NCBI RefSeq assembly: GCF_964355755.1
Contig: NC_092670.1
Location: forward strand, 36,630,388-36,694,387
Origin: Antedon mediterranea
Lineage: Eukaryota; Animalia; Echinodermata
Length of the DNA stretch: 64,000 nt
Reading direction: 5' to 3'
The notes under the pieces are model-generated. The model made no database searches and was not told the DNA's origin. It saw only the letters and a list, made by a program, of their open reading frames with translations. Both the position numbers and the translations under genes were made by a program. Positions 13,075 to 24,900 of this stretch are shown here, one piece after another (position 1 is the first letter of the stretch; every line of letters begins with the position of its first letter).

Positions 13075-15809
13075 GTACCGATGGTCTCACGGTAGCATTC
13101 TATCAGACATTATGGCCCAAGATTGGCGTATTAGTCTGCAATGCTCTCAATCTATGTTTAAAAAATGGAGCACTATCAAATACGCAAAAAAGGGGAGTAA
13201 TAAACTTAATATTTAAAAAAGGGGATCTCGAAGACCTAAACAATTGGAGACCCATAACTCTCTTAAACACTGACTATAAAATTGCCGCCTTTGTTTTAAC
13301 AAAAAGGCTACAAAATGTTATTAAAACAATTGTGAGTAATGATCAAAAAGGGTACATTAGAGGCCGTTTTGGTGGTGAAAACATCAGATTGATCGAAGAT
13401 GTAATTGCAAGTTATCAGGGGCATTATTAAGTTTAGACTTTAGAAAAGCTTTTGACACAGTAGACAGAACTTTTCTTGTTAACACTTTGTACCATTTCAA
13501 TTTTGGACCGTCTTTTATTGCATGGGTCAGAGTTCTATATGCTGAAACAGAATGTATTATTTTAAACAATGGATGGTGCTCAAAAAGCTTTAAAATGGGT
13601 TGTCCTTTATCCGCACTTCTGTTCATCTTGGTCGCTGAAATTATGGCGTTAAAGATAAAACAGGATAAACTTATTAAAGGTATACTTTTACCAAACCCAG
13701 TTGTCGAGGTCAAAATTGCACAACTTGCAGACGACACGGTCTTATTTATGAAAGATGAGAACAGCATAAAAAAGTGTATTGATGTTGTCATCAAATTTGG
13801 TAATGTGTCTGGGTTAAGACTTAACAAAGAAAAAACAAATGCCATGTGGCTTGGAAAATGGAAGAAAAAGGACAACATATTGGACATTAATTGGATTTCT
13901 GACGGTTTTAAAGTTTTAGGTGTTTATATTGGCCATGATAAAGAATTTTGTTTTGCCAAAAATTGGTCCGAAAAAATCTATTCGTTACAAAACACACTTA
14001 GATCGTGGCGAAAAAGAAATCTGACCATTTTTGGAAAAATAATTATCTTAAAGACGCTGGGCCTGTCAAAACTTGTTTATGTTGCAAGTATTATAGACAC
14101 GCCTGAAAGTGTTCTAAAACGTGTTGATAACATAATTTTTGACTTTTTGTGGGATGGAAAAAGAGAAAAGGTTAAAAGAGTAGTTCTTATAAACGAATAT
14201 GAAAGTGGTGGTGTTAAAGCGCCTGATTTCAGGTCACAGGTTAAATCTTTAAAAATATCTTGGCTTAAAAGATTGTATAACAATGAGGATTCAAAGTGGA
14301 AATGTCTGCCAAACACATATTTTAATAGAATAGGCCCAAAAGACATTATTGATAACATATCATATATTGATAAGAAAAATGCTATTTTTAAAGCCATACC
14401 CGATTTCTATAAATCTATACTATGTATTTTAGTCAAACTTAATAGTGGTATGACTAAACGTCAATTATGTTATGATGATATATTGCATCAACAACTCTGG
14501 TATAACAAAATGATTTTATACAATGACATGTCAATATTTTTTAGAAACTGGATAAGGTCAGGTGTGCGAAATATTAAGGATATTGTAATTGAGAATAGGT
14601 TCATTAACGCAAATGAATTACTAGATATGCTTAGGTATAAATCAAACTGGATTGCTGAATGGCAAATTGTATTAAACGCAATTCCAAAAGAATGGAAAGA
14701 GAAAATCTTTTTAAGGGATAAAAACCAAAAGCACTCAAAAACAACACACGTTCGATGTTTGAATATGAGTAGCAAACAAATATGTTCTTTCTTTATTAAG
14801 GAAAAATGTCTAGAACCATCCAAAAGTAAAACAAAATGGGAAACATATTTTAACATGGAGAACGATTGGTCTGTAACATGGAAAAGAAAAATTAAAGATA
14901 TTAAAGATAATAAACTTAAACAGTTGAACATCAAACTATTGCATTGTATAACACCTACCAAAAGAAGGCTGTTAAAATGGAAAGTAAGCAACACAGATAC
15001 TTGCCTACAATGCAACGTAGTAGAGGATGATGCCCATTTCTTTTATGAATGCACTGAAGTAAAACCCTTATGGGAATATATTAACGTTTACACCATGCAC
15101 AAATTTGGGATCGAGGCAAATTATCGAAACATTGTACTAGGTACAGGAAACAAATATGTAGACCACATGTTCTCTATTGGATGCTTCAGCGTTTACAAGG
15201 CACATACTTTGAAAAATGTAAACAAATGGACCGGATCATTGTCTCGTCTTTTTATGGCGGAAAAAAACAAAAGATCTTACCTTAACCACCTATTATAATT
15301 TATATTGATGTGAATCTGATTATTTAAAATATATTACATAATAATGTTGTATAATACACATAGGCAGTTTCATTTATCTTATATGAAATATAAATAAAAA
15401 AAAAAAATTGTATAAATTAATATTGAAAACAAAAAAGAAACGTAACGCAACATAAGTAACGCACGAGAAGATAAGCAAACAAATATAACCATGAGACATA
15501 AAACTAGACACAGGAGTAAGAAAAGCATTTTTAATATTTTTGTTTTTGTTTTTTTATTCGTATTTTAAAATAATGTATATAATCTGTATATAGGGTATAA
15601 ATGAATTGTATGTCAAAAATACTACCGAAAATAACTATACAACATTAGTAAATGTATCTCCTACAGTACATTTATTAGTTAAGTGTTCACAATGTTAGAT
15701 GTTGAGAATTATAGAACAAAAAAAATACTAGAAAATTATGAAAAAAGGTGGATAACAGAAAAGAAATAATGCTCTGATTCCAAGAACAGTAACGTTGATA
15801 AAATAAAAA

Positions 15810-15841
<32 letters not shown>

Positions 15842-15976
15842 AATACACCAAACCAAACAAAAGTAAGAATAACAATGAATAGTTATTATTATTATTAGAA
15901 ATAATTGTATTAATCTGTTGATGAAATGAAATGAATAAATAGTGGTTAACGCCACAAAAGAGAAAAAAAAAAAAAA
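13075..15976 (+). mobile_element. 5'-truncated, decayed L1/Tx1-clade non-LTR retrotransposon (RT plus C-terminal CCHC)
   Basis: NWRPITLLNTDYKI, DFRKAFD, GCPLS, QLADDT, CLQC...HFFYEC. Frameshift near 13420; SKSFKM-GCPLS lacks the usual RGxRQ residues. A-rich 3' UTR ending in poly(A) near 15976. Candidate TSD aactatag at 13067-13074 and 15975-15982. Confidence 0.9.
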
Positions 15977-16238
15977 CTATAGATGATAGGAACCAACTTT
16001 ACCTGGTAAATAACTAAACCTTAACGGGCCAGTATATGTTTCTTCGAAAATGTTTTCATCTGGTTTTCTATATTAGGCCTAACTATCTGTATAATCATTC
16101 TTTACGTTAAACCATTCATGAATACGTACGTGTGCGACGTTTCAACTTGTTCTCAACAAATCTTATTTTAGCAATGACTAGATGTACACGTATTCGTATA
16201 ACGTAAAGACGTTTATACAGATAGTACCTACTAACGTA

Positions 16239-16420
16239 AGCGTGGTTCCCACTAGAGACGCAACGCAAGGACGTAACGCAACGCAAATGAATTGACCAAT
16301 CACAAGCGATGGCTTATTCGCTTGTGATTGCTAACTGTCTATAACTTCGCTTGTTATTGGTTAAAACGCTTGCGTTGCGTTTTAAACGTCCTTGCGTTAC
16401 GTTCTAGTGGGAACCAAGCT
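16239..16420. mobile_element. Full family-A MITE (~180 bp). Other copies: 26298-26471, 27657-27835, 31325-31472, 41110-41240, 42399-42534, 42684-42844, 46006-46138, 48380-48647
   Basis: Long imperfect palindrome with AGC..GGTTCCCACT termini and TWA-type flanks. Confidence 0.88.
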
Positions 16421-16989
16421 TAACTGATTGTAATAAACAATAACAATTTTTCCATGTCATCAAAAAACCTTTTAATTCATTCTGCCGATATCAGTGTATA
16501 AATGGACACTTTCTTATGAGAGAATGTTATTAACTTTTGTTGTTATATAATATCCATATCTAAGTGAAGTTAATATATTAATGTGTTTGTGACTTCTTTT
16601 CATGGTTAAACATCTCGAGAAAATTAACAATAATCTTTAATACATTTTCATGGTCGACATTGTATGACTCCTTTAATTACAGAAAAAGAAATAGTTAGCT
16701 GAGATCGATTTAGGTAAATGATTAATATAACTGATGATGTTGGTTGTTAAAATCCATCGATTATAGTGGTGTTTGACGAAAAAAAAGCCGAAAAATGATA
16801 ATAGCTTGTATGATGAAGATGACGTATTGTATACGTAGATGGTAAAGCTTTTAATGATGATGACATGAAATGTTGATCGTGATGGAGTAACATTGGTTAT
16901 GTTGACACATTAATGGTGACAATATTGATCGTGATGGTTGAATATTGCCTGTTATAATGGACAAGTATCGAGTGAGCGACAGCGATTAC

Positions 16990-17410
16990 AATGATTGTGA
17001 CGATGATGAGGATGAAGATGATGGTGGTGATGATGATGATGATTATAAAGATGATGATGATGATGGTGATGATGATGAGGATGATAGTGATGATGATGAT
17101 GAGGATGATAGTGATGATGATGATGATGAATATGATAGTGATGATGATGATGAATATGATAGTGACGATGATGAAGATGATGATGGTGATGTGACGATGA
17201 TGATGATGAATATGATGGTGATAGTGATGATGATGATTGCAAAGATTATAATGATGATGGTGATAGTGACGATGATGATGGAGATGATAGTGACGATGAT
17301 GAAGATGATGGTGATAGTGATGATGATGATGACCGTGGTAATAGTGACGATGATGGTGATAGTGATGATGATGATGATAGTGACGATGAAGACGATGATG
17401 ATGGTTTTTG
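16990..17410. repeat. Degenerate (GAT)n microsatellite
   Basis: gat/gac/ggt triplets with a gatgatagt sub-period. Confidence 0.95.
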
Positions 17411-17734
17411 AAAAATAATAAACAATTATAGTTCAAAATAATATGTTGAGTTCACATAATTGGTTAAGGCTATAGGAATTGAAATTTGCATGATAATGTA
17501 ATATCCCTGGTACAGCGCCACCTTTAATTTATAAAATTCCCGTAACCCATTTATAGTGCATTAAGACAAGAAGTTGTAATGCTATAATTAAATAAATAAT
17601 ATTGATTTAATATTGCCAAAATCATTAATCAACGACTATTACATTTTATTACTTTCACAAGCCCCCTTTGTCAAATGATCAGTTTGACGCGACTTAGTGT
17701 TCATATCGTTCATATTTTTCGATACAGTGTTAAC

Positions 17735-17830
17735 GGGAAGAACGTCGCTCAACCAATCACGTATTGAGGTGCTATCGTCATGCGCAGACACGTTCCGACT
17801 TTTTACTAACCAATTAGCGATGGTATAGAT
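17735..17830 (+). promoter_or_regulatory. Possible promoter (two CCAAT boxes, TGCGCA) about 1.1 kb upstream of the signal-peptide exon
   Basis: aaccaatcac at ~17751 and aaccaattag at ~17808, in locally CpG-richer sequence not matching the repeats in this window. Motif evidence only. Confidence 0.3.
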
Positions 17831-18895
17831 ACAAGCGTATGTTTATCACGTTATTAATATCAATACAGCGATTCTAATTACAGTCCTCCCTCGATAAAGG
17901 TGAAACCAAAGCTTTCGACGAATGGATATCTGTCTTAGTACAATCACCAGACGGCAACATGACTTCTACTTAGGAAAGTTTAAAACCGACGAAACTTACG
18001 GGAATACCTGACAGTGAGGAAGGTGACGACAACGTGGTGATATTGTACTACCATTTGAGGAGGAATACATTACCAAGATGAAGCCGATTCACCTTATACT
18101 GTACGCATGATTTATTAATCATGATCCACCGAGTTCAATTTATCTTTGCCAAATGTGTGACTACTTTTTGTCACCATTTTATGAGTACCATTACCGTTAC
18201 ATTAGTGATTGTTACATTTTGCTAAAACTATTATGCTGTTGTAATCGGAAACTGTTACTTTGCATTATTGTAAAAAAAATACAACAAACGTTTCATTACT
18301 TTTGAAACGCATAGTTAAACGTATTAATGGCTTGGTAGCCTTGTGGTGGTGCACTGGGTCGTTAGAGAATAGTATATTAACTGAATAATACTAACCGAAT
18401 GTTTAGGACACAGTCCGTTTACAACACGATGTGAGATTATGTACTACCTTTGGGAATGTGCTTTTTTTCTTTCATTTTGTTTTCAGTTTTGCCATGTACC
18501 GTGCTTCTACAAACATTGGAGACGATCGAATTGGTTTTTTTTTATAACTGAGAGCATTTGTGTTTTAAGTTTTTGAACTTTACTAATGCTTTTGCATTGT
18601 CCAATTGTCTGTATCTTTAATCTAAGATTTTTGTATTTTATTGTACACAGATGATAATACTGAAAGCATTGTGTTTTAATTTTTTGAGTGTTACTGATGC
18701 TTTTGTTTTCTTGTATATTATGTATTTTCTATGCTGAAATTAAAGATTATTGATAACTGGCATTACTTGGATGGTTCCCTGATTTTAAAAACTATTGGGA
18801 TGACATACTGTAGAGACATGCTAGAAAAATTTATGTTTAACGTCATAATATTCGTTAGGCCTAAGGAGTAATATTTATTTCGTTATTTTCTACAG

Positions 18896-18988
18896 TTTTG
18901 TACCGCCTACCCTGCTAAATTTCATCGCTATGCAGATGTTTTCAGCAAAATGGTTTGTCTATATGGCAGTCTTGACTCTAAGTAAAGG
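18896..18988 (+). CDS. Channel exon encoding the signal peptide (FVPPTLLNFIA-MQMFSAKWFVYMAVLTLSKG)
   Basis: Acceptor ttttctacag, donor GG|gtgagt. The phase 2 end fits exon 30032, giving MFSAKWFVYMAVLTLSKGSIA-NN, a plausible signal peptide. ATG at 18930 or 18936. Confidence 0.75.
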
Positions 18989-21900
18989 GTGAGTTTTAAT
19001 CGTTGTTTTTATTATTATTGTTAATAGACATAGGCACCACACATTTCGACCACTAACTCATCATTTGTAAAACTACTATACTAAAGTTCTAGGCCTAAAG
19101 CTACGAAATTGACACGATGTCATTAATGACTGCATAAGTTAATTTTAAACCTCGTCCTATGCTAAGCCGTTAAGCCGTTGGTCTCTTGTGTAATTTAAGG
19201 TTACATTTACAGTCTGTACACTTACAATATAATAGATTATGGTTGTAATTATTAACATTTTAATGAGTAATTATTAGTGAAGTATGATGACCAAGTATTA
19301 GTTTTAACACTATCGTGGCTGTAGAGATATTTCACGATAAAGTGACGAGATCTCAGAGAAAGATGTATTTAAACGTATTAATGGCTTGGTAGCCTTGTGG
19401 TGCACTACCTCGTTTGAGAATAGTATATTAACTGAATAATACTAACCGAATGTTAGGACACAGTCATCGTCGAAACGATACAATGACTGTATACATAAAT
19501 CTACAGTATGCTATCTGTTAACTGATGAATGTCAATTGATTGGATGTTGAATATAGTAGCTTTTTGTTCAAATACTAACAAAGGGTATACACATTTAGAA
19601 CATGTTTTTATTAACTAGAGTAATACGCCTAGTCAATTTATCATACAATTATATAGATACCTGCGTCTATTTCGTATGGAGAAAACACTATACTATATTA
19701 CAAACGAATTTCTCAATTGCATGGACTGTAACAGATCTCGCAATATATCCGCTACATATCCTGTGCTTTTAAGATAATTTATTCTTGTGGCATAGAAAGA
19801 GAATCATTTACCCATGGGAGCATGTTTTACCGGTGTTTGCTATCTGGCTGCTTAGCCATCATTTTCACGCACTACGGATTGTAAAACGTAAATGCAAAGT
19901 ATCAATAGGCTATCCAGCAATATGCTAAAATACTTAGTTCTAAATAGATTCAAAGGTTAACATCCTAAACTTAATCATCAGGGTATAACATAAAAATCCA
20001 ACCAGGAAATTGAAGAATATAGGCCTAAAGCATTAGGCGCAGGAGCCCCGGATAGCGTTACGTTTGAAAACCCCAAAAAGTGAGGTTTTCAACCATTAGC
20101 GGCATGACTGATGTGAGTGATTAATGTGTTTTACGGACGGTTTCAAGGACTATCCTACCAGTGGGCTGTTCACTGGTCAAATGATTGACACTTTGTATCA
20201 CCGTTTGTAACTGGAGCTGTGACGACCTTTGTAACTGGAGCTGTGACGACCTTGCAAGAATACTAGGCCAGAATTTTTAATTGAAAAGTGCCTTGGTATT
20301 AACAATAACATGGAGATGGAAACAAATTTGTCTATCTTTCTTTCTAAAATAAATGGTCACTATAGTTTCAAACTAGGCTTAGTCCACCACATTAGTAATT
20401 ACGAATCGAAACCTAAATTAAAATTGTTGGTATTCTTTGGCCGTTGTTTGATTAATTACATCTTCATGCCATGTTTTTTTTTCTCTAATGATTTGGCGAT
20501 ACGCTCCTATATTAATTAGGCCTACTAGCAGAGGGTTCGATGAGTTTTGAAAAGTTATGGAAATGTGGTCTAACATATAGCAATTCAGTTTTTTAAGGCC
20601 CTTCTTCCTTGTCCGAGCCTTTGGAAATATTAAAAAGTTATATTAATATAATATATTCTGTGTTTTCATGTTTTGGGAAATTGTATATCATTTCAGATGT
20701 TTCGCGCTGCGCTTTTATTTGTTTCGCGCTTCGTCTTGTTCGAGCTTCCTCCGTACATACCGATAATTAATATGATTTTTCATTTCATTTTTTGTACATT
20801 ATTAAAAAATAGCATACAGAACCCCATACAGAACATACCCTTCTCTGAGAAAACACTTGTGGGCGATTCCCCGAATACGACATGATGGAATAGCTTTGGA
20901 GACTTTGACTTTGGAGTAGGCCTAAATCGAAACGTCAAGCAACTCAACAGTTCTTTTCAGAACTAATATAGGCCTACGTGGTGTACCGCAAATTTATATC
21001 AACAAATATGTAACTTGTTTAGCACGTTTAAAATGGATAGCAAAACATATTTTAAAAAAAAACCCTGAATTATTTCAAACAGACAGCACATTAGTTCAAA
21101 CGGATAGCACAATAGATAGCTCAATCAAATGGATATAACTATGATATAACTGTACTGTGCATTCTATACGGATTATCGGGTAGCACATTCTTTCAAATGG
21201 ATAGCACATTCTTTCAAATGGATAGCACATTATTTCAAATGGATAGCACATTAGGTAGCACAATCAAATGGATATAGTACTGTACATTATTCTATGATTA
21301 TCGGGTAGCACATTCTTTCAAATGGATAGCACATTAGGCCTATTTCAAATGGATAGCACATTCTTTCAAATGGATAGCACATTATTTCAAATGGATAGCA
21401 CATTATTTCAAATGGATAGCACATTGGGTAGCACAATCAAATAGATATAGTACTGTACATTATTATATAAGGATTATCGGGTAGCACATTCTTTCAAATG
21501 GATAGCACATTAGGTAGCACAGTCAAATGGATATAGTACTGTACATTATTCTATAAGGATTATCGGGTAGCACATTCTTTCAAATGGATAGCACATTCTT
21601 TCAAATGGATAGCACATTAGGTAGCACAATCAAATGGATATAGTACTGTACATTATTCTATACGGATTATCGGGTAGCACATTCTTTCAAATGGATAGCA
21701 CATTCTTTCAAATGGATAGCACATTGGGTAGCACAATCAAATGGATATAGTACTGTACTGTACATTATTCTATACGGATTATCGGGTAGCACATTCTTTC
21801 AAATGGATAGCACATTCTTTCAAATGGATAGCACATTATTTCAAATGGATAGCACATTAGGTAGCACAATCAAATGGATATATGTAATTGTACTGTACAT

Positions 21901-24900
21901 TATTCTATACGGATTATCGGGTAGCACATTCTTTCAAATAGCACATTATTTCAAATGGATAGCACATTATTTCAAATGGATAGCACATTGGGTAGCACAA
22001 TCAAATGGATATAGTACTGTACATTATTCTATAAGGATTATCGGGTAGCACATTATTTCAAATGGATAGCACATTAGGTAGCACAATCAAATGGATATAA
22101 TTGTACTGTACATTATTCTATAGCCTACGGATTATCGGGTAGCACATTCTTTCAAATGGATAGCACATTAGGTAGCACAGTCAAATGGATATAGTACTGT
22201 ACATTATTCTATAAGGATTATCGGGTAGCACATTCTTTCAAATGGATAGCACATTAGGCCTATTTCAAATGGATAGCACATTCTTTCAAATGGATAGCAC
22301 ATTCTTTCAAATGGATAGCACATTAGGTAGCACAATCAAATGGATATAGTACTGTACATTATTCTATACGGATTATCGGGTAGCACATTCTTTCAAATGG
22401 AGCACATTCTTTCAAATGGATAGCACATTGGGTAGCACAATCAAATGGATATAGTACTGTACTGTACATTATTCTATACGGATTATCGGGTAGCACATTA
22501 TTTCAAATGGATAGCACATTCTTTCAAATGGATAGCACATTATTTCAAATGGATAGCACATTAGGTAGCACAATCAAATGGATATATGTAATTGTACTGT
22601 ACATTATTCTATACGGATTATCGGGTAGCACATTCTTTCAAATGGATAGCAAATTATTTCAAATGGATAGCATGGATTTTGGGTAGCACAATCAAATTGA
22701 GCACATTGGGTAACACATTGCATCAAATGGGAGCCTACTGTACAGTTATTCTATTGAATTGAAATATATATTTATAATGGGTAACCTCTTCAGTCAAAGA
22801 CTGGTCTCCCAGAGGGCCCAGTTAGTGATCAGTGGCTGTGATAATACACCGGGGTAACCCCCCACTCGTCTCGAAAGATGTACTAGGTTCTTTAAAGTAC
22901 ACATGAGCTAGATGTGTATTCTATTATCGGGTGTAGCACATTAAAATTGAGAGGATAAGATGGACATCATAATTTATTATTAAGGGGCAAAACAGCAAAT
23001 CCTTACTGAGGGGACACTCCTATAAAGCGGACATTAAGGGGACGAAAACATTTAAGCTCAGTGCCAATGTTCACTCAATATATTTTCCATCGCAAAATAA
23101 CAAAAAAAGACGAAATATTTATATCCATTTATCGTTATTAAATAAAAATGGATATCATGATAATTATGATACTTTGTTTGTCTTGAAAGTTTTCATTGGT
23201 GAAACGTTGCCTGCTACATTTTGAATTTCCGAGTCCAGATCAGTATTGGTATTCCGTGATCTATTCTAACTAATGAAACAATTTTTAGAAAATGATATAT
23301 CTGATAGATATCATCTAAGTGATGTTTTACATATAAGTTATAACGTTTAACTTTTCATTCTCCATACATTCAATTCTTTTAATATAGTTCTTGTATAACA
23401 CCATATCAAGTAGTAGTAGAAATTATTGTAGGGTTTTCTTATTATTCAGTCAATTCAGTGTTTCTATACAGAAAAGAGTAGTCAGTGGCCTTAACATCAA
23501 TTAATTGTATAATTTGCACCCAAGGTCGAATAGCAAGAAACTCAGGTCCAGTTACATTGGTGTTCATTGGTCAATAGGAAATGAACAGCACACTTATGGG
23601 TGGTGACAAAGTTTAGTTATTGATAAGTTGTCCTTGGGAAAAACACATTAGTTGGGTTGACCATGGGCTGACAGAGTTAACGACTTCGTAACGCTATCCG
23701 GGGCTCCTGCGCCTAATGGTAAGGGTATACGATCAACAAATACAACTAGGGAAGCGTAGGCCTAAAAGTAAGGGTAAAATATAAAAATCCAACCAGGGAA
23801 TTAAGGCGTAGTAGGCCTAAGTAAGGGTATACTATAAACAAATAAACCAGGGAATTGAAGAGTTAGGCCTAACGTAAGAGTATACCATCAACAAACACAA
23901 CCAGGTATAAGAAGGCCTAAAGTAAGGGTAAACATAAACAAATCCAACCTTGGAAGAGTAGGCCTAAAGTAAGTGTAAACCATAAATAAATCCAACCAGG
24001 AATTGAAGAGTTAGGCCTAAAGTATTAAATGGTAAACCATAAACAAATACAACCAGGGAAGAGTAAATACTTCCTGTTCAAACTAAGCAGAAGCTCATTT
24101 TTTTAAATATAATAAACTGGCATACATTTCGAACAAAACAGATGACAATATTTCCGGATGTTATTTTTTTGGGTTAAAAGAAAGGAGAGGAAATTACTAT
24201 ACGATATGCGGAAATTAAAATGTTAATTTCAAAGGTTAAAACTAAATGGAATTAAAACAGCAATATAGACCTATTCTGTGCAGTTATAACATTTCTTCAT
24301 TAAAGCGTGGTTTCATCCACTAGAGACGCAACGTAACGCAACGCTACGACGTATTGCGCAATCACAAGTGGGAACCGACGTCGCATCGTGCTGAAAAGGT
24401 TTGATTTCACGCAGTCGGGGGCAAACACAATTATCGGAAGGGCATTTTCTTTCATTGCGTAGATTGAGTTACGTTGCGTCGCTTGTGTGAACCAAGCTTA
24501 AGCCACGATCAAACAACTACTATACGACCAAAATTGTTAGTTTCACGTCCCTTCCCTCATCATAATTTGGAGCTGCATAATCTTTGTTCAATGTTTATAG
24601 CTGTTCACAAAAGAAAAAAATTAAAAGAATCATTACATTATTTCCATCGAAATTCTATGATATGGCGTTAGGACGCCGACTGGAAATTTTAAATTATCGT
24701 TCTCATGTTTGTGTTTACATCACAGTAGTATAGCTAATTATATAAAAGAATGACCTATTAAAGAAGCGTTTCCTCATTTTATTCTAAATTCTAAGTTCTA
24801 AACGGTTTTTACTGACAAAGGCCTGCAGTACCACCACCACAACCACCACCCCCACCAAAAAACATTCTGTGGATACATTATTGGGTATTGATGCGTGGCG

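Noticed and set aside
13384-15015. Antisense ORFs of 106-175 aa
   Set aside because: Shadows of the LINE ORF2 frame.
16897-17436. Poly-His/Asp/Met ORFs on both strands
   Set aside because: Artefacts of a (GAT)n microsatellite; open in several frames with no splice support.
21060-22745. CRISPR-like repeat-spacer appearance
   Set aside because: The intervening segments are themselves repeats rather than unique spacers, there are no cas genes, and the context is a eukaryotic intron.
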